From an uncultured delta proteobacterium (GTDB lineage Bacteria > Desulfobacterota > Binatia > UBA9968), in NCBI GenBank assembly GCA_963760795.1, contig CAVXEP010000021.1, positions 1 through 64,000 on the forward strand: a DNA stretch of 64,000 nucleotides. The letters are read 5' to 3'. Positions 20,115 to 29,361 of the stretch are shown here, one piece after another. The notes under the pieces are model-generated. The model had not been told where the DNA came from. It ran no database searches and saw nothing but the letters and a program-made list of their open reading frames with translations. The position numbers and the translations under genes were made by a program. Each line of letters starts with the position of its first letter. The stretch's first letter is position 1.

Positions 20115-21479
20115 TTAATCAAACAAGATCACGCCGCAGCCGTCCTGCCACTTGACCTCCGTGCCATGGCGCCGTGACAAGCCGACGACTTTATCGATGA
20201 TTTCTCGTCCTAGTTTTTCATCCGCCAACAGCGGCCGGCCGCGCTGCCAGCGCGGTTTGCCGAAACCGAGATCCAACGGATAGAGATGGACGCGCGCGAG
20301 TTTTCGTGCCTTGAATTGGCACTGGGCAACCACCTGCTTCCAGTAGTTCGCATCGGCGGGATGGCCGACGCGGTCGCTTTGATAGCGCACGTCGGCGAAG
20401 TCGGCCGGGCCCGCGTCGCCGCCGAGGCCATAGCGCGCGTAGGCTTCTTCCGCGAGATATCGCGGTGTTTCGAGCTCGAAAATCGTCGTCCCCAAGCTGT
20501 GGAAAATCGGCCGGCCTTGATAAATCTCGACGCCAAAAGGCTCCTGCGGTCCGTGCCCGACAAAAATATCCGCGCCCGCCTCGATCGCGCGATGGGCGAA
20601 GTCGACGGCGAAATCGGCCAGCTGGTCAATCTCGCTCCGATGCGCCGCGGTCAACAATTTATCCCCGCCCACCTCGTGGCAATGTAAACTCACCACCACC
20701 CAATCGGACATGCGCCGTGCTTCTTTGATCTGCTGGAGATTTTCCTCGACATCGCGCTTATGGCCGACCGTGCGTAGGCCGAAGCTTTCGCCTTTTTCAA
20801 AGCGCATATTGCCAAAATTGTATTCGCTCGCGCTCTCCACACCGACGCGCGAGCGAGCGTCGCCGAGATTTTCACGCCGCTTGCGCGCCGCGTCATAACC
20901 CAGCGCCGTGCCCAATCGGCGTAGTTCATCAAAGCCGCGCTGGTCGACGACATGAGTCAGGCTATGGCGCAGAGGGTTGACGCCGGCTCGTCCCGGCGTG
21001 TCGGCCCGCTGATCGCCGGCGATGGAATGAGCGGGCAGAGTCGCCGTCATGCCGATCAGGGCGACCCGGCCGCGTTTGGTATCGAGGTAGGCCGGCGCGC
21101 GCGCCTCGCGTAAATGTCGGCCGGTACCCGCGTGCACGATGCCCGCGGCGTCTAAATAACCGCAGGTGGCCATGATTCCCTCTTCGCCGTAATCGAAGGC
21201 ATGATTGTTGGCGGTCGAAACCAGACTGACGCCCAACCACTTTAAGTCTTCAAGCAGCTGCGGCTCCGTCGTCATATAAGTGCCGCCGCTGATGTTCTGG
21301 TGCCCTTCGAGGTAGCGATGCACGGCGGTTTCCAAGTTGGCGAAAGTCGCGTCGGCGCCGGCGCAAATTTCGCGCAGTTTTAAGTAACGCTCCTCGCCGA
21401 ATACCGCCAGGCGCCGCGTCGGCATGACATCGCCCAACAACATCAGCGAAAAATCGCCCCGTTCAGATTCGTAGAGCAT
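20115..21479 (-). CDS. CapA (PGA_cap) family metallophosphoesterase
   Basis: GDVM, ANLE, STANNHAFDYG, VVSLHCHE, GHGP and HSLG. Confidence 0.88.
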   Translation of the reverse strand: MLYESERGDFSLMLLGDVMPTRRLAVFGEERYLKLREICAGADATFANLETAVHRYLEGHQNISGGTYMTTEPQLLEDLKWLGVSLVSTANNHAFDYGEEGIMATCGYLDAAGIVHAGTGRHLREARAPAYLDTKRGRVALIGMTATLPAHSIAGDQRADTPGRAGVNPLRHSLTHVVDQRGFDELRRLGTALGYDAARKRRENLGDARSRVGVESASEYNFGNMRFEKGESFGLRTVGHKRDVEENLQQIKEARRMSDWVVVSLHCHEVGGDKLLTAAHRSEIDQLADFAVDFAHRAIEAGADIFVGHGPQEPFGVEIYQGRPIFHSLGTTIFELETPRYLAEEAYARYGLGGDAGPADFADVRYQSDRVGHPADANYWKQVVAQCQFKARKLARVHLYPLDLGFGKPRWQRGRPLLADEKLGREIIDKVVGLSRRHGTEVKWQDGCGVILFD

Positions 21480-21486
21480 AAGACCC

Positions 21487-21897
21487 TCAGCTAATATTTT
21501 GTGAACTCAAGGTAGGCTCATAAAGCATTTGAATGACGATACCGTCGGGATCGGCGCAGTAAAACGACGCGCTACCGTCGCGGTGGATCTTGAACGGATG
21601 GACGATAAGCACGCCTTGGCGCAAAAACTCTTGCTCCAATTCTCGCACTCGGTCGATGCTTTCGACAATAAAGCCAAGATGATCGAGCTGTCTTTCCTCA
21701 GCCGACTTGGCCAAGCTCGCGGAGACCTCATGGATCGCCAGGTTGTCGCAACCGGAAGACAGATAAACGTTCTTGTCATCCGGCTCCCAGACCACTGTCA
21801 TGCCGAGCACTTCTTGGTAAAAACTTTTCGCCCGCGCCAGGTCGCGTACTTTGAGGGCAATGTGGCGCATGCCCCGTAATCCGGCAATCTGACTCAT
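21487..21897 (-). CDS. VOC/glyoxalase family protein
   Basis: HIALKVRDL, LDHLGF and FYCADPDG. Confidence 0.85.
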   Translation of the reverse strand: MSQIAGLRGMRHIALKVRDLARAKSFYQEVLGMTVVWEPDDKNVYLSSGCDNLAIHEVSASLAKSAEERQLDHLGFIVESIDRVRELEQEFLRQGVLIVHPFKIHRDGSASFYCADPDGIVIQMLYEPTLSSQNIS

Positions 21898-22041
21898 GAC
21901 GGCAATATAGCACAGTCGCGGGAAAATGTAGTTTCGCCTGTCAATCGGCGCACGATGCGTTTGTAATGCGTTGGACTGCCTAGCGAATCCGTGAAATTTA
22001 TGATTTATAGAAATGTCCGTCTTCATCTATAAACTCCACCC

Positions 22042-24441
22042 ATGGCCCAGAACACTAAGATCGCCCGCACCACCTATCCCCACTTGGGCATACTCGCGGA
22101 CATCAGCACGCTGATCACCCATTCCCACGACCTGCAAGACACCTTGGACCAGCTGGTCGCCACGGTCGCCGAACGCATGCAGACCGAAGTATGTTCGCTA
22201 TATATTTTCGATGCCAAAAAAAATCGCTTGTTCCTGGTCGCGACCATGGGCCTCGATCCCGAGTCCGTCGGCAAAGTGTCCATGGCCACGGGCGAAGGGT
22301 TGACCGGCTTGGTCATCGAGCAGATGAAGCCGGTGATGGTGGTCGATGCCCTCGCCCATAAGCGTTACAAATATTTTCCGGAAACCCACGAAGAACACTT
22401 CCACTCGTTCCTCGGCGTGCCGCTACTAGAGAAGAAAAACCCTTTAGGGGTGCTGGTCGTGCAAACTTCGCGCCGGCGCGAGTTTTCGCGCGATGAAATC
22501 CGTCTACTGACGACCATATCGGGGCAAGCGGCCAGTATCATTCTCCAGGCTCGGCTCAGCGACAACCTCCGCTCCAAAGAAGAGGAGCGCAAGCAATACC
22601 AAAAGCGCATGAATGACGCCATGCGCAAGCTGCGCTCCTATGAAGGCACGCCGTCAGAGACATCGGCAAAAACCAAGCAGAAATGGCGCGGCCGATTGTC
22701 GGGATTGGCGGCGTCGCCCGGCTTCGGCCGCGGCCAAGCGTTCGTCCTCGAGCCACGCATGGAGCTGAACGCGATTAAAAAGAAAAAATCGCGTAATCCA
22801 AAGCATGAAATCGAGCGCTTCCGTGGCGCCGTGGAGCGCGGCATCGACCAGATCAGTGTGATTAAGCGGCGCATGAGCGAACTCATTTCCGCCGAAGAGG
22901 GAGCGATTTTCGACGTCTATCGGTTGATCCTCGAAGACCCGCAGATCATTCACCAGATCGAGCAACAGATTCGCAAAGGCGGCTTCGTCGCGGAGTATGC
23001 CGTGCGGGTGGTCTTCGAGCGCTACATGGAATCCATCGCCAAGCTCGACAATAACTATCTGCGTGAACGGACCGGCGATGTCAAAGATGCCGCGCAGCGC
23101 TTACTCGAAACCCTTTCCGGAGGTGATGGGCAACAATACGACGTGCCGGACGACGCGATACTGGTCGCCCAGGATCTCTCGCCCGCCGATTTGAGCATGC
23201 TCGAAGGTGACAAATTCCGAGGTATCGTCCTGGCTACCGGCGGTGTCACTTCCCATGCATCGATATTGGCCAAGTCCTTTGAAATCCCTAGCGTGGTTGC
23301 AGTCGAAGACGTGATGCAACGGGTGCGCCAGGGCGATCAATTGATCATCGACGGCAACGCCGGTAGCTTGCACGTCAATCCGACTGCCGAGGTCATCAAC
23401 GAATACGATCGGTTAAAAAGCGACTATGCGGAGCTCAACCGCGAACTAGGCGAACTCAAGGACTTGCCGGCGGAAACCACCGACGGTCATCGGGTGTCGC
23501 TGTGCGCTAACGTCGGTCTGCTGAGCGACGTCGCCTTCGCCCATTTCCACGGCGCCCAGGGCATCGGCCTCTATAGAACCGAAATTCCGTTTTTGTCGCA
23601 CCGGGATTTCCCCAGCGAAGAAGAACAATACGCTCTCTATAAGCGGGTTGTCGAAGGCATGACGGACAAGCCCGTCACGATTCGGACCCTCGACATCGGT
23701 GCCGACAAATATCCCAGCTACATGCGCAGCGTCGCCATCGAGCCCAATCCATTTTTAGGCTGGCGGTCGATTCGTATCTCGCTAGAGGTCGAAGAGATCT
23801 TCAAAACCCAGCTGCGCGCTATTTTGCGCGTTGGCGATCTCGGCTCGGTGCGCATGTTGGTGCCGATGATTTCCAGTCTCGAAGAGATTCAAAAGGTCAA
23901 AGAGCTTTTGGCCGAGGCCAAGGTTGAATTAGAGCGAGAGGGCACACCGTTCGACCGGGAGATGGAACTGGGGATCATGGTCGAAGTCCCGTCAGCCGTG
24001 CAGTTGGCTGAGCGTTTCCTACGCGAAGTCGACTTTTTGAGCATCGGTACCAATGATCTTATCCAATACCTTTTGGCCGTTGACCGTAGCAACCGTAAAG
24101 TCGCCAACCTTTATGAACCGTTACACCCCGCCGTCCTCTCAGCGCTCAATGCCACTATCAATGCCGGCAGGAAAGCGGGCAAGCGGGTGAGCATGTGTGG
24201 CGAGATGGCGGGCGACCCCCTTTGCGCCCTTGTGCTGCTTGGCATGGGTCTGGAAGAGTTCAGCATGGGGGCGCTTTATCTTCCCGTGATTAAAAAAGCC
24301 ATTCGTTCGATCAGTTATCAAACGGCGAAAACCACCGCACATGAGGTTCTCAAAATGGACACTGTCGGCGAGATCAAGCGTTATCTTTTTGAGCAAATAA
24401 GGCAACTTGGAATGGTCGAGCTACTGGAAATGTACCGCTAG
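22042..24441 (+). CDS. ptsP: GAF-domain phosphoenolpyruvate-protein phosphotransferase (EI-Ntr)
   Basis: N-terminal GAF domain (EVCSLY, GEGLTGLV, SFLGVPL); TSHASILA phospho-His, GIGLYRTE, RTLDIGADK, DFLSIGTNDLIQY and MCGEMAG. Confidence 0.95.
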   Translation: MAQNTKIARTTYPHLGILADISTLITHSHDLQDTLDQLVATVAERMQTEVCSLYIFDAKKNRLFLVATMGLDPESVGKVSMATGEGLTGLVIEQMKPVMVVDALAHKRYKYFPETHEEHFHSFLGVPLLEKKNPLGVLVVQTSRRREFSRDEIRLLTTISGQAASIILQARLSDNLRSKEEERKQYQKRMNDAMRKLRSYEGTPSETSAKTKQKWRGRLSGLAASPGFGRGQAFVLEPRMELNAIKKKKSRNPKHEIERFRGAVERGIDQISVIKRRMSELISAEEGAIFDVYRLILEDPQIIHQIEQQIRKGGFVAEYAVRVVFERYMESIAKLDNNYLRERTGDVKDAAQRLLETLSGGDGQQYDVPDDAILVAQDLSPADLSMLEGDKFRGIVLATGGVTSHASILAKSFEIPSVVAVEDVMQRVRQGDQLIIDGNAGSLHVNPTAEVINEYDRLKSDYAELNRELGELKDLPAETTDGHRVSLCANVGLLSDVAFAHFHGAQGIGLYRTEIPFLSHRDFPSEEEQYALYKRVVEGMTDKPVTIRTLDIGADKYPSYMRSVAIEPNPFLGWRSIRISLEVEEIFKTQLRAILRVGDLGSVRMLVPMISSLEEIQKVKELLAEAKVELEREGTPFDREMELGIMVEVPSAVQLAERFLREVDFLSIGTNDLIQYLLAVDRSNRKVANLYEPLHPAVLSALNATINAGRKAGKRVSMCGEMAGDPLCALVLLGMGLEEFSMGALYLPVIKKAIRSISYQTAKTTAHEVLKMDTVGEIKRYLFEQIRQLGMVELLEMYR

Positions 24442-24494
24442 CTGGAGCTCTTAAAGTGCCAAATAACCAGGGTTAGTGCGCAGTGGTGGGGCAG

Positions 24495-24523
24495 TTGATT
24501 TCCGTTTATCGAAACGGTATAAG
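24495..24523 (+). promoter_or_regulatory. Sigma70-type promoter of the epoxidase unit
   Basis: TTGATT-N17-TATAAG; the spacer itself contains the inverted repeat CCGTTT-N4-AAACGG. Confidence 0.65.
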
Positions 24524-24531
24524 TAAATAAG

Positions 24532-24549
24532 TTCGAACGATCGTTCGAA
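24532..24549. promoter_or_regulatory. Perfect 18-bp palindromic operator (TetR/PaaR type)
   Basis: TTCGAACGATCGTTCGAA just downstream of the -10 box; its core fits CNAACGNNCGTTNG. Confidence 0.7.
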
Positions 24550-24576
24550 TAATATTTGCGACGAAAGGGCCCGGCC

Positions 24577-25683
24577 ATGACCAAAATCTCTACCTTCGAT
24601 GACTGGATCGACTATTTTCATCAGTGGCAAAAAGACATTGGTTACGATGCGGCGCTGCTCGGCGACTACAAGTTCGAAACCAAGCTGGGTGAGCTCCACT
24701 CGCCTGACATTGAATTTGGCGACTTCCAAGGTCAGCAGAAATGGCAGCGGGTCGGCCAGATTCCCAACCAATCGATCCGCGATGCCCTGATGAATCTGAT
24801 CGTCTACCAGGGCGATACCGAGTTTGCCTCGGTTGAACAGCAAAAGAATCTGCTCGATACCGCGCCCACTGAGTACGACCGCAAAGCACTCACACGGGTC
24901 AACAGCGAAGAGATGCGCCATGGCTGGCAGATGTGTTATCTGCTGGTGAATTACTTTGGCGATTCCGGCAAGCTTGAGGCGCGTAAGATGCTCGAGCGCC
25001 GCGCTTTCCGCGGCGACCGGCTGCTCGGCGCCTTTAACGCGCCGGTGAACAACTGGCTCGACTTTTTCACCTACACCGAATTTGTCGACCGCGACGGCAA
25101 GTATCAGTTGACCATGCTCAGCCACTCATCCTTCGCCCCGCTTGCCGAAAGCGTGACGGCGATGCTTAAGGAAGAGCATTTTCACATGTTCACCGGCCAC
25201 ACCGGCCTGACTCGGGTACTCAGAGCTCAAAAGATCCCCGTACCGATCGTGCAAAAATATTTTAATAAATGGCTCTCCACGGCCTACGATCTGTTCGGCA
25301 CCACCAATTCCTCGTCAGCGAATTGGGTCTACACATGGGGTATCAAAGGCCGCTACGACGAACATGCCGCGACCGCGCCGGCGGAGAAAGACAAGCTCAA
25401 CGATCTCGCCCGCGAACACTATATGCGCGAATCGCAACAGCTACTCGACCAGCTCAATCAACTGGTGCCGGAAGGTCAAGCCAAACTGACGGCGCCCGAT
25501 CTGAAATTTAACCGCTCCATCGGCGAGCATGTCGGCAAGAACTATAGCGTCACCGGTGAATTACTCAGCACGGAAGATTATCAGAAACACTTGTACGAAG
25601 TTCTGCCCAATGCCGAAGATGAAAAGATCCTCGCCGAAATCATCCAGGGCAAGGACTGGGTCTCGCAAATTCAGTTGAACTGA
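24577..25683 (+). CDS. BoxB-like diiron aryl-CoA epoxidase (PaaA/PaaC/BoxB ferritin-like family), short form
   Basis: IVYQGDTEFASVEQQ, APTEYD, VNSEEMRHGW, RLLGAFN, FTYTEFVDRDGKYQL, MLKEEHFH and DLFG are collinear with BoxB motifs and iron ligands. Confidence 0.88.
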   Translation: MTKISTFDDWIDYFHQWQKDIGYDAALLGDYKFETKLGELHSPDIEFGDFQGQQKWQRVGQIPNQSIRDALMNLIVYQGDTEFASVEQQKNLLDTAPTEYDRKALTRVNSEEMRHGWQMCYLLVNYFGDSGKLEARKMLERRAFRGDRLLGAFNAPVNNWLDFFTYTEFVDRDGKYQLTMLSHSSFAPLAESVTAMLKEEHFHMFTGHTGLTRVLRAQKIPVPIVQKYFNKWLSTAYDLFGTTNSSSANWVYTWGIKGRYDEHAATAPAEKDKLNDLAREHYMRESQQLLDQLNQLVPEGQAKLTAPDLKFNRSIGEHVGKNYSVTGELLSTEDYQKHLYEVLPNAEDEKILAEIIQGKDWVSQIQLN

Positions 25684-25756
25684 GTCGCCATATCAGCTGC
25701 TGGCCGTATCAACTGTTGCATATCGAATCGAGCGTTAGTAAGTAGAACCCAAGGAG

Positions 25757-26086
25757 ATGCGCGTGAGCCAAACCTGCCTGGTCTGTCAGAATATCGATTG
25801 TAAGTCCCGTGGATCGGAGCAGTTGGCTGCGGAACTGCAACAAAAAATTGCCGCCAAGGGGCTAACCGATGTCGACGTCAAACCCTACATGTGTTTTGGC
25901 GCCTGCCAAGAAGGCCCCAATGTTGTAATTTACCCTGAAAAAAATTGGTACGCTCACGTCAAGAGCGAAGATCTCGACGACATCGTCGCCCATCTCGCCG
26001 GCGCACCCCATGTGCAACGCTTGGACACCATCGATTCGTCGTTGAAGGAATTGATCTACCAACTACTCGACACGGGAATATTCTAA
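25757..26086 (+). CDS. Thioredoxin-like [2Fe-2S] ferredoxin (NuoE C-domain type)
   Basis: C10-x4-C15-x30-C46-x3-C50 followed by GPNVVIYPE..WY. Confidence 0.9.
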   Translation: MRVSQTCLVCQNIDCKSRGSEQLAAELQQKIAAKGLTDVDVKPYMCFGACQEGPNVVIYPEKNWYAHVKSEDLDDIVAHLAGAPHVQRLDTIDSSLKELIYQLLDTGIF

Positions 26087-26090
26087 GCCA

Positions 26091-27341
26091 ATGGAAGGCA
26101 TACTTTTCCCCAAGGGCGTGATCGAGGGGCACGAAGGGCTGAAAGAATATCAGGGCCGCGGCGGCTATGAAGCGTTGACCAAGGCCCTGAAGGGAAGCCC
26201 CGACGATGTTATCAAAATAATCTCCGACGCCGGACTGCGCGGCCATGGCGGGGCGGGGTTCCCCACCGGCAAGAAGTGGCAGTTTACCCGCGAAGCTGCC
26301 GAACTGCCGCGTTATTTGGTGATGAATGGCGGCGAGGATGAACCGGGCAGCCACAAAGACCGCGTGCTGTTGGAAAACCTGCCCCATCTGGTCATCGAAG
26401 GCGCAGTCCTTGGCGCTTATGCCATCGGCGCGGCGAAGGCTTATCTTTACATCAACGCCAAGTACGAAGCGGCGATCAAAAGCGTCAACGACGCTTTGGA
26501 CGAAGCCAGAACAGCGGGCTACTGGGGCGAAAAAGTTCTTGGCAGCAGCTACGACCTCGATATCGAGATCATCGCCGCGCCGCATAACTATGTTGCCGGC
26601 GAAGACACCGCCGTGCTCGAAGTGATCGAAGGCAAGCAGCCTCTGCCGCGGCAAAAACCGCCCTTCCCCGTCACTGTCGGCCTGTTCGGCAAACCGACAT
26701 CGGTCAATAATGTCGAGACGCTGGCAAACGTACCGCGCATTTTATTGAAAGGCGCCGACTGGTATCGCGGCTTCGGCACCAAAGATTGTCCCGGCACCAT
26801 GTTGTTCGCACTCAACGAAACCGAAGAGGTAAAAACCCCCGGCATCTACGAGCTGCCCTTCGGCACGCCGCTACGCTATCTGATTGAAGAATGCGGCGGC
26901 GGCCTGAAAGATGGCAAGAAGATCAAAGCGATCATGCCAGGCTCGCCGTCATCCGCCTATTTGCCGGCGGACAAGATCGATACGCCATTGGAACCCAACG
27001 CCATGCGCGAAGCCGGCTCCATGCTCGGCTGCGGCGTCGTCCATATCGTCCGCGAAGGCGATTCCATCGTCGACGAGCTGGTGCGCATCACCGGCTTCTT
27101 TGCCGCCGAATCCTGTGGCCAATGCGCCGCCTGCCGTATGGAAACCAACACGCTTTCTCTGCTGATGAAGAAAGTTCAACAAGGCCAGGGTAGCCTGGCG
27201 ATCCTGGAACAGTTCGGCAAAGTGCTGGCTTTTAACAAAGGTAAAGGGTTCTGCAACTTGATCGCCATGCCCGGTCCGCCCATCGAAAGCGCCCTCAAAC
27301 TTTTCCCCGACGATTTCCAGGCGCTGCTCGCAACCGCCTAG
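26091..27341 (+). CDS. Stand-alone NuoF-like FMN/[4Fe-4S] NAD(P)H dehydrogenase subunit
   Basis: GLRGHGGAGFPTGKKW, EPGSHKDR, YVAGEDTA, GLFGKPTSVNNVETL, SLBB region and ESCGQCAAC...GFC. Confidence 0.9.
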   Translation: MEGILFPKGVIEGHEGLKEYQGRGGYEALTKALKGSPDDVIKIISDAGLRGHGGAGFPTGKKWQFTREAAELPRYLVMNGGEDEPGSHKDRVLLENLPHLVIEGAVLGAYAIGAAKAYLYINAKYEAAIKSVNDALDEARTAGYWGEKVLGSSYDLDIEIIAAPHNYVAGEDTAVLEVIEGKQPLPRQKPPFPVTVGLFGKPTSVNNVETLANVPRILLKGADWYRGFGTKDCPGTMLFALNETEEVKTPGIYELPFGTPLRYLIEECGGGLKDGKKIKAIMPGSPSSAYLPADKIDTPLEPNAMREAGSMLGCGVVHIVREGDSIVDELVRITGFFAAESCGQCAACRMETNTLSLLMKKVQQGQGSLAILEQFGKVLAFNKGKGFCNLIAMPGPPIESALKLFPDDFQALLATA

Positions 27342-27370
27342 TAATACCCGAATCCGCTAATTAATAATTA

Positions 27371-27399
27371 AAGGGATGCCCATCGGCATCCTTTTGTTT
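27371..27399 (+). terminator. Intrinsic terminator closing the epoxidase unit
   Basis: GGATGCC-CATC-GGCATCC hairpin followed by TTTTGTTT. Confidence 0.8.
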
Positions 27400-27428
27400 C
27401 CTACGAGGAAACTTCGCGGCAAACGCGG

Positions 27429-27458
27429 TTGACCCTCTCGCCAACGCCTTGATAGTAT
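27429..27458 (+). promoter_or_regulatory. Possible sigma70 promoter
   Basis: TTGACC-N18-TAGTAT with an extended -10 TGn, 30 bp before ATG 27489. Confidence 0.45.
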
Positions 27459-27488
27459 CCGGCACGAGTTAGGATCGAGGTTTTCATA

Positions 27489-28502
27489 ATGGTTAAAGGC
27501 ATTATTCTCACAGTCTGCGGTTTGTTAACTATTCTCCTCGCCGCGCCGCTGCGCGCCAACACTCACGAAGCGCTCATCGAGGGCGCCAAGAAAGAAGGAT
27601 CGCTGGTCCTCTACACCTCGATGACCGTCGAGCAAGCGCAGAAGCTCAACGATGCCTTTCGCGTTAAATATCCGTTCCTACAGGTCCATATGTTTCGCGC
27701 CGTCGGCGAACGGCTGCTCACCAAGATCATGACCGAGACTCAAGCCGGGCGTTTCGACTTCGATGTCGTCCAGTCCGCCGAGACCCAGGCCTATTTTCTC
27801 AAGAAGAGAAATCTGTTGGCCAGATATCTTTCACCCGAAACCAAACAGTTGCAGAAAGGTTTCTTCGATGCCGATGGCTTTTGGGCGGCGATTTACATGA
27901 TGCCCAATATCATCGCCTACAATACACGCATGGTGAAGCGCAGCGAAGTGCCGGTGAGCGATGAAGATTTACTCAACCCGAAATGGCGCGGCAAGATCGG
28001 CATGGATCACACCAAGCCCGAGTGGTTTTCCTGGAAACTCAAACGGCTAGGCCAGGACAAAGGCTTGGCCTACATGAAAAGACTCGGCGCTCAGGAGTTT
28101 AAACTTTATTCAGGACTGACGATTATCACCGGTCTGCTCGCCGCCGGTGAGTTTCCGCTAGTGCTCAACACCTACATTCACAATGCCGAGGACGCCAAGC
28201 GCAAAGGCGCGCCGGTGGATTGGCTGGCGCAGGATCCGGTCTTCACCAAGTTCCAACCGATCGGCGTCGCCGCCAAGGCGCCGCACCCGAATGCGGCGAA
28301 ACTCTTCGTCGACTTCATGCTGTCCGAAGAGGGACAAAGAATCATCGCATCCTTTGGCCGGGTACCGACTCGCCGCGCGGTGCCGACCACCGTGCAGGGT
28401 TTGGAAAAACTAACTTTCGTCATCGACGAATTCAGCGCCGGCGACGACTTTAATAAAAACTACGAACAGTTCCGCAGTATTTTCGGCGGGCCGAAGCAAT
28501 AG
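27489..28502 (+). CDS. Extracellular solute-binding protein (AfuA/FbpA-like, SBP_bac_6/8)
   Basis: GAKKEGSLVLYTS, YNTRMV, DLLNPKWRGK and APHPNAAKLFVDFMLSEEGQ. Confidence 0.9.
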   Translation: MVKGIILTVCGLLTILLAAPLRANTHEALIEGAKKEGSLVLYTSMTVEQAQKLNDAFRVKYPFLQVHMFRAVGERLLTKIMTETQAGRFDFDVVQSAETQAYFLKKRNLLARYLSPETKQLQKGFFDADGFWAAIYMMPNIIAYNTRMVKRSEVPVSDEDLLNPKWRGKIGMDHTKPEWFSWKLKRLGQDKGLAYMKRLGAQEFKLYSGLTIITGLLAAGEFPLVLNTYIHNAEDAKRKGAPVDWLAQDPVFTKFQPIGVAAKAPHPNAAKLFVDFMLSEEGQRIIASFGRVPTRRAVPTTVQGLEKLTFVIDEFSAGDDFNKNYEQFRSIFGGPKQ

Positions 28503-28515
28503 AAAGGAAACCATT

Positions 28516-29347
28516 ATGAGACTCGCACCGATCAAGTGGCCCAACAACGCCAAGATCGCCGTCAGCTTCTTCGTTGCCTTCGAAGCTTTCGAAAAATCTT
28601 CACAGTATCGTCACAGCGAGGGCAAACCGGATTACGCATCGCTCGCCTACGGCGAATACGGCGGCAAGGCCGGCATCTGGCGCATTATGGATGCGCTCGG
28701 CCGCAACGGCGTCAAAGGCACCATCGACACCAACGGCCGCATCGCCGAAGATTTTCCCGACGCTTTGAAAGAGCTCCATGCCGGCGGACATGAAATTGTT
28801 GGCCATGGTTGGGTCAATGACACGGCGCTGTCCAGCCTCGACGCCGCCAGTGAACGAGCGTTAATCAAACGAACACTAGACGCCATCGCGTCGGTGACGG
28901 GGAAACGCCCAGTGGGCTGGGTAAGTCCGGGCCATCGCGTCAACGATTTCACGTTCGGCAACTTTGTTGACGAAGGTATTTTTTGGACCGGCGATCTGCC
29001 GGGACCCGATATTCCGCAGCATCGCATGGTCAACGGCAAACCATTGATCATCATGCCGCGGCTCGATTACGCCAATGATTTGAGCCTCTTGTTCACCCAC
29101 AAAAACCCTGCGCGAGACTATTTCGATAGTTTCAAAGCCGCCTTCGATTGTCTCTACGCCGAAGGCCAAGCCGGGCGCCCCCAAGCTCATCGATTGCCTG
29201 GTCCATGCCCATATCGGCGGCCGGCCCAACATCATCGGCGTGTTCGAAGAATGCATTCGCTACGCCAAAGGGTTTCCCGATGTTTGGTTCGCCACCAAAG
29301 GCGAAATCGCCAAATACTATCTCGACAGCTACGCCAGCAAATCGTAA
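28516..29347 (+). CDS. Polysaccharide deacetylase/PuuE-like family protein; +1 frameshift in the C5 run at 29178-29182
   Basis: WPNNAKIAVSF, YGEYGGKAGIWRI, HEIVGHGW and GWVSPG. The shifted frame gives KLIDCLVHAHIGGRP..DVWFATKGEIAKYY and TAA at 29345-29347. Confidence 0.85.
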
Positions 29348-29361
29348 CCGGAGACACTGCC

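Noticed and set aside
22042-24441. ptsP as part of the epoxidase operon
   Set aside because: A separate promoter and operator lie between them, and ptsP looks like an ordinary EI-Ntr.
25757-27341. Fragment of a complex I or bifurcating hydrogenase operon
   Set aside because: No other nuo or hyd genes; the unit is closed by a terminator; the NuoF-like protein lacks the extra C-terminal 2x[4Fe-4S] domain of HydB.
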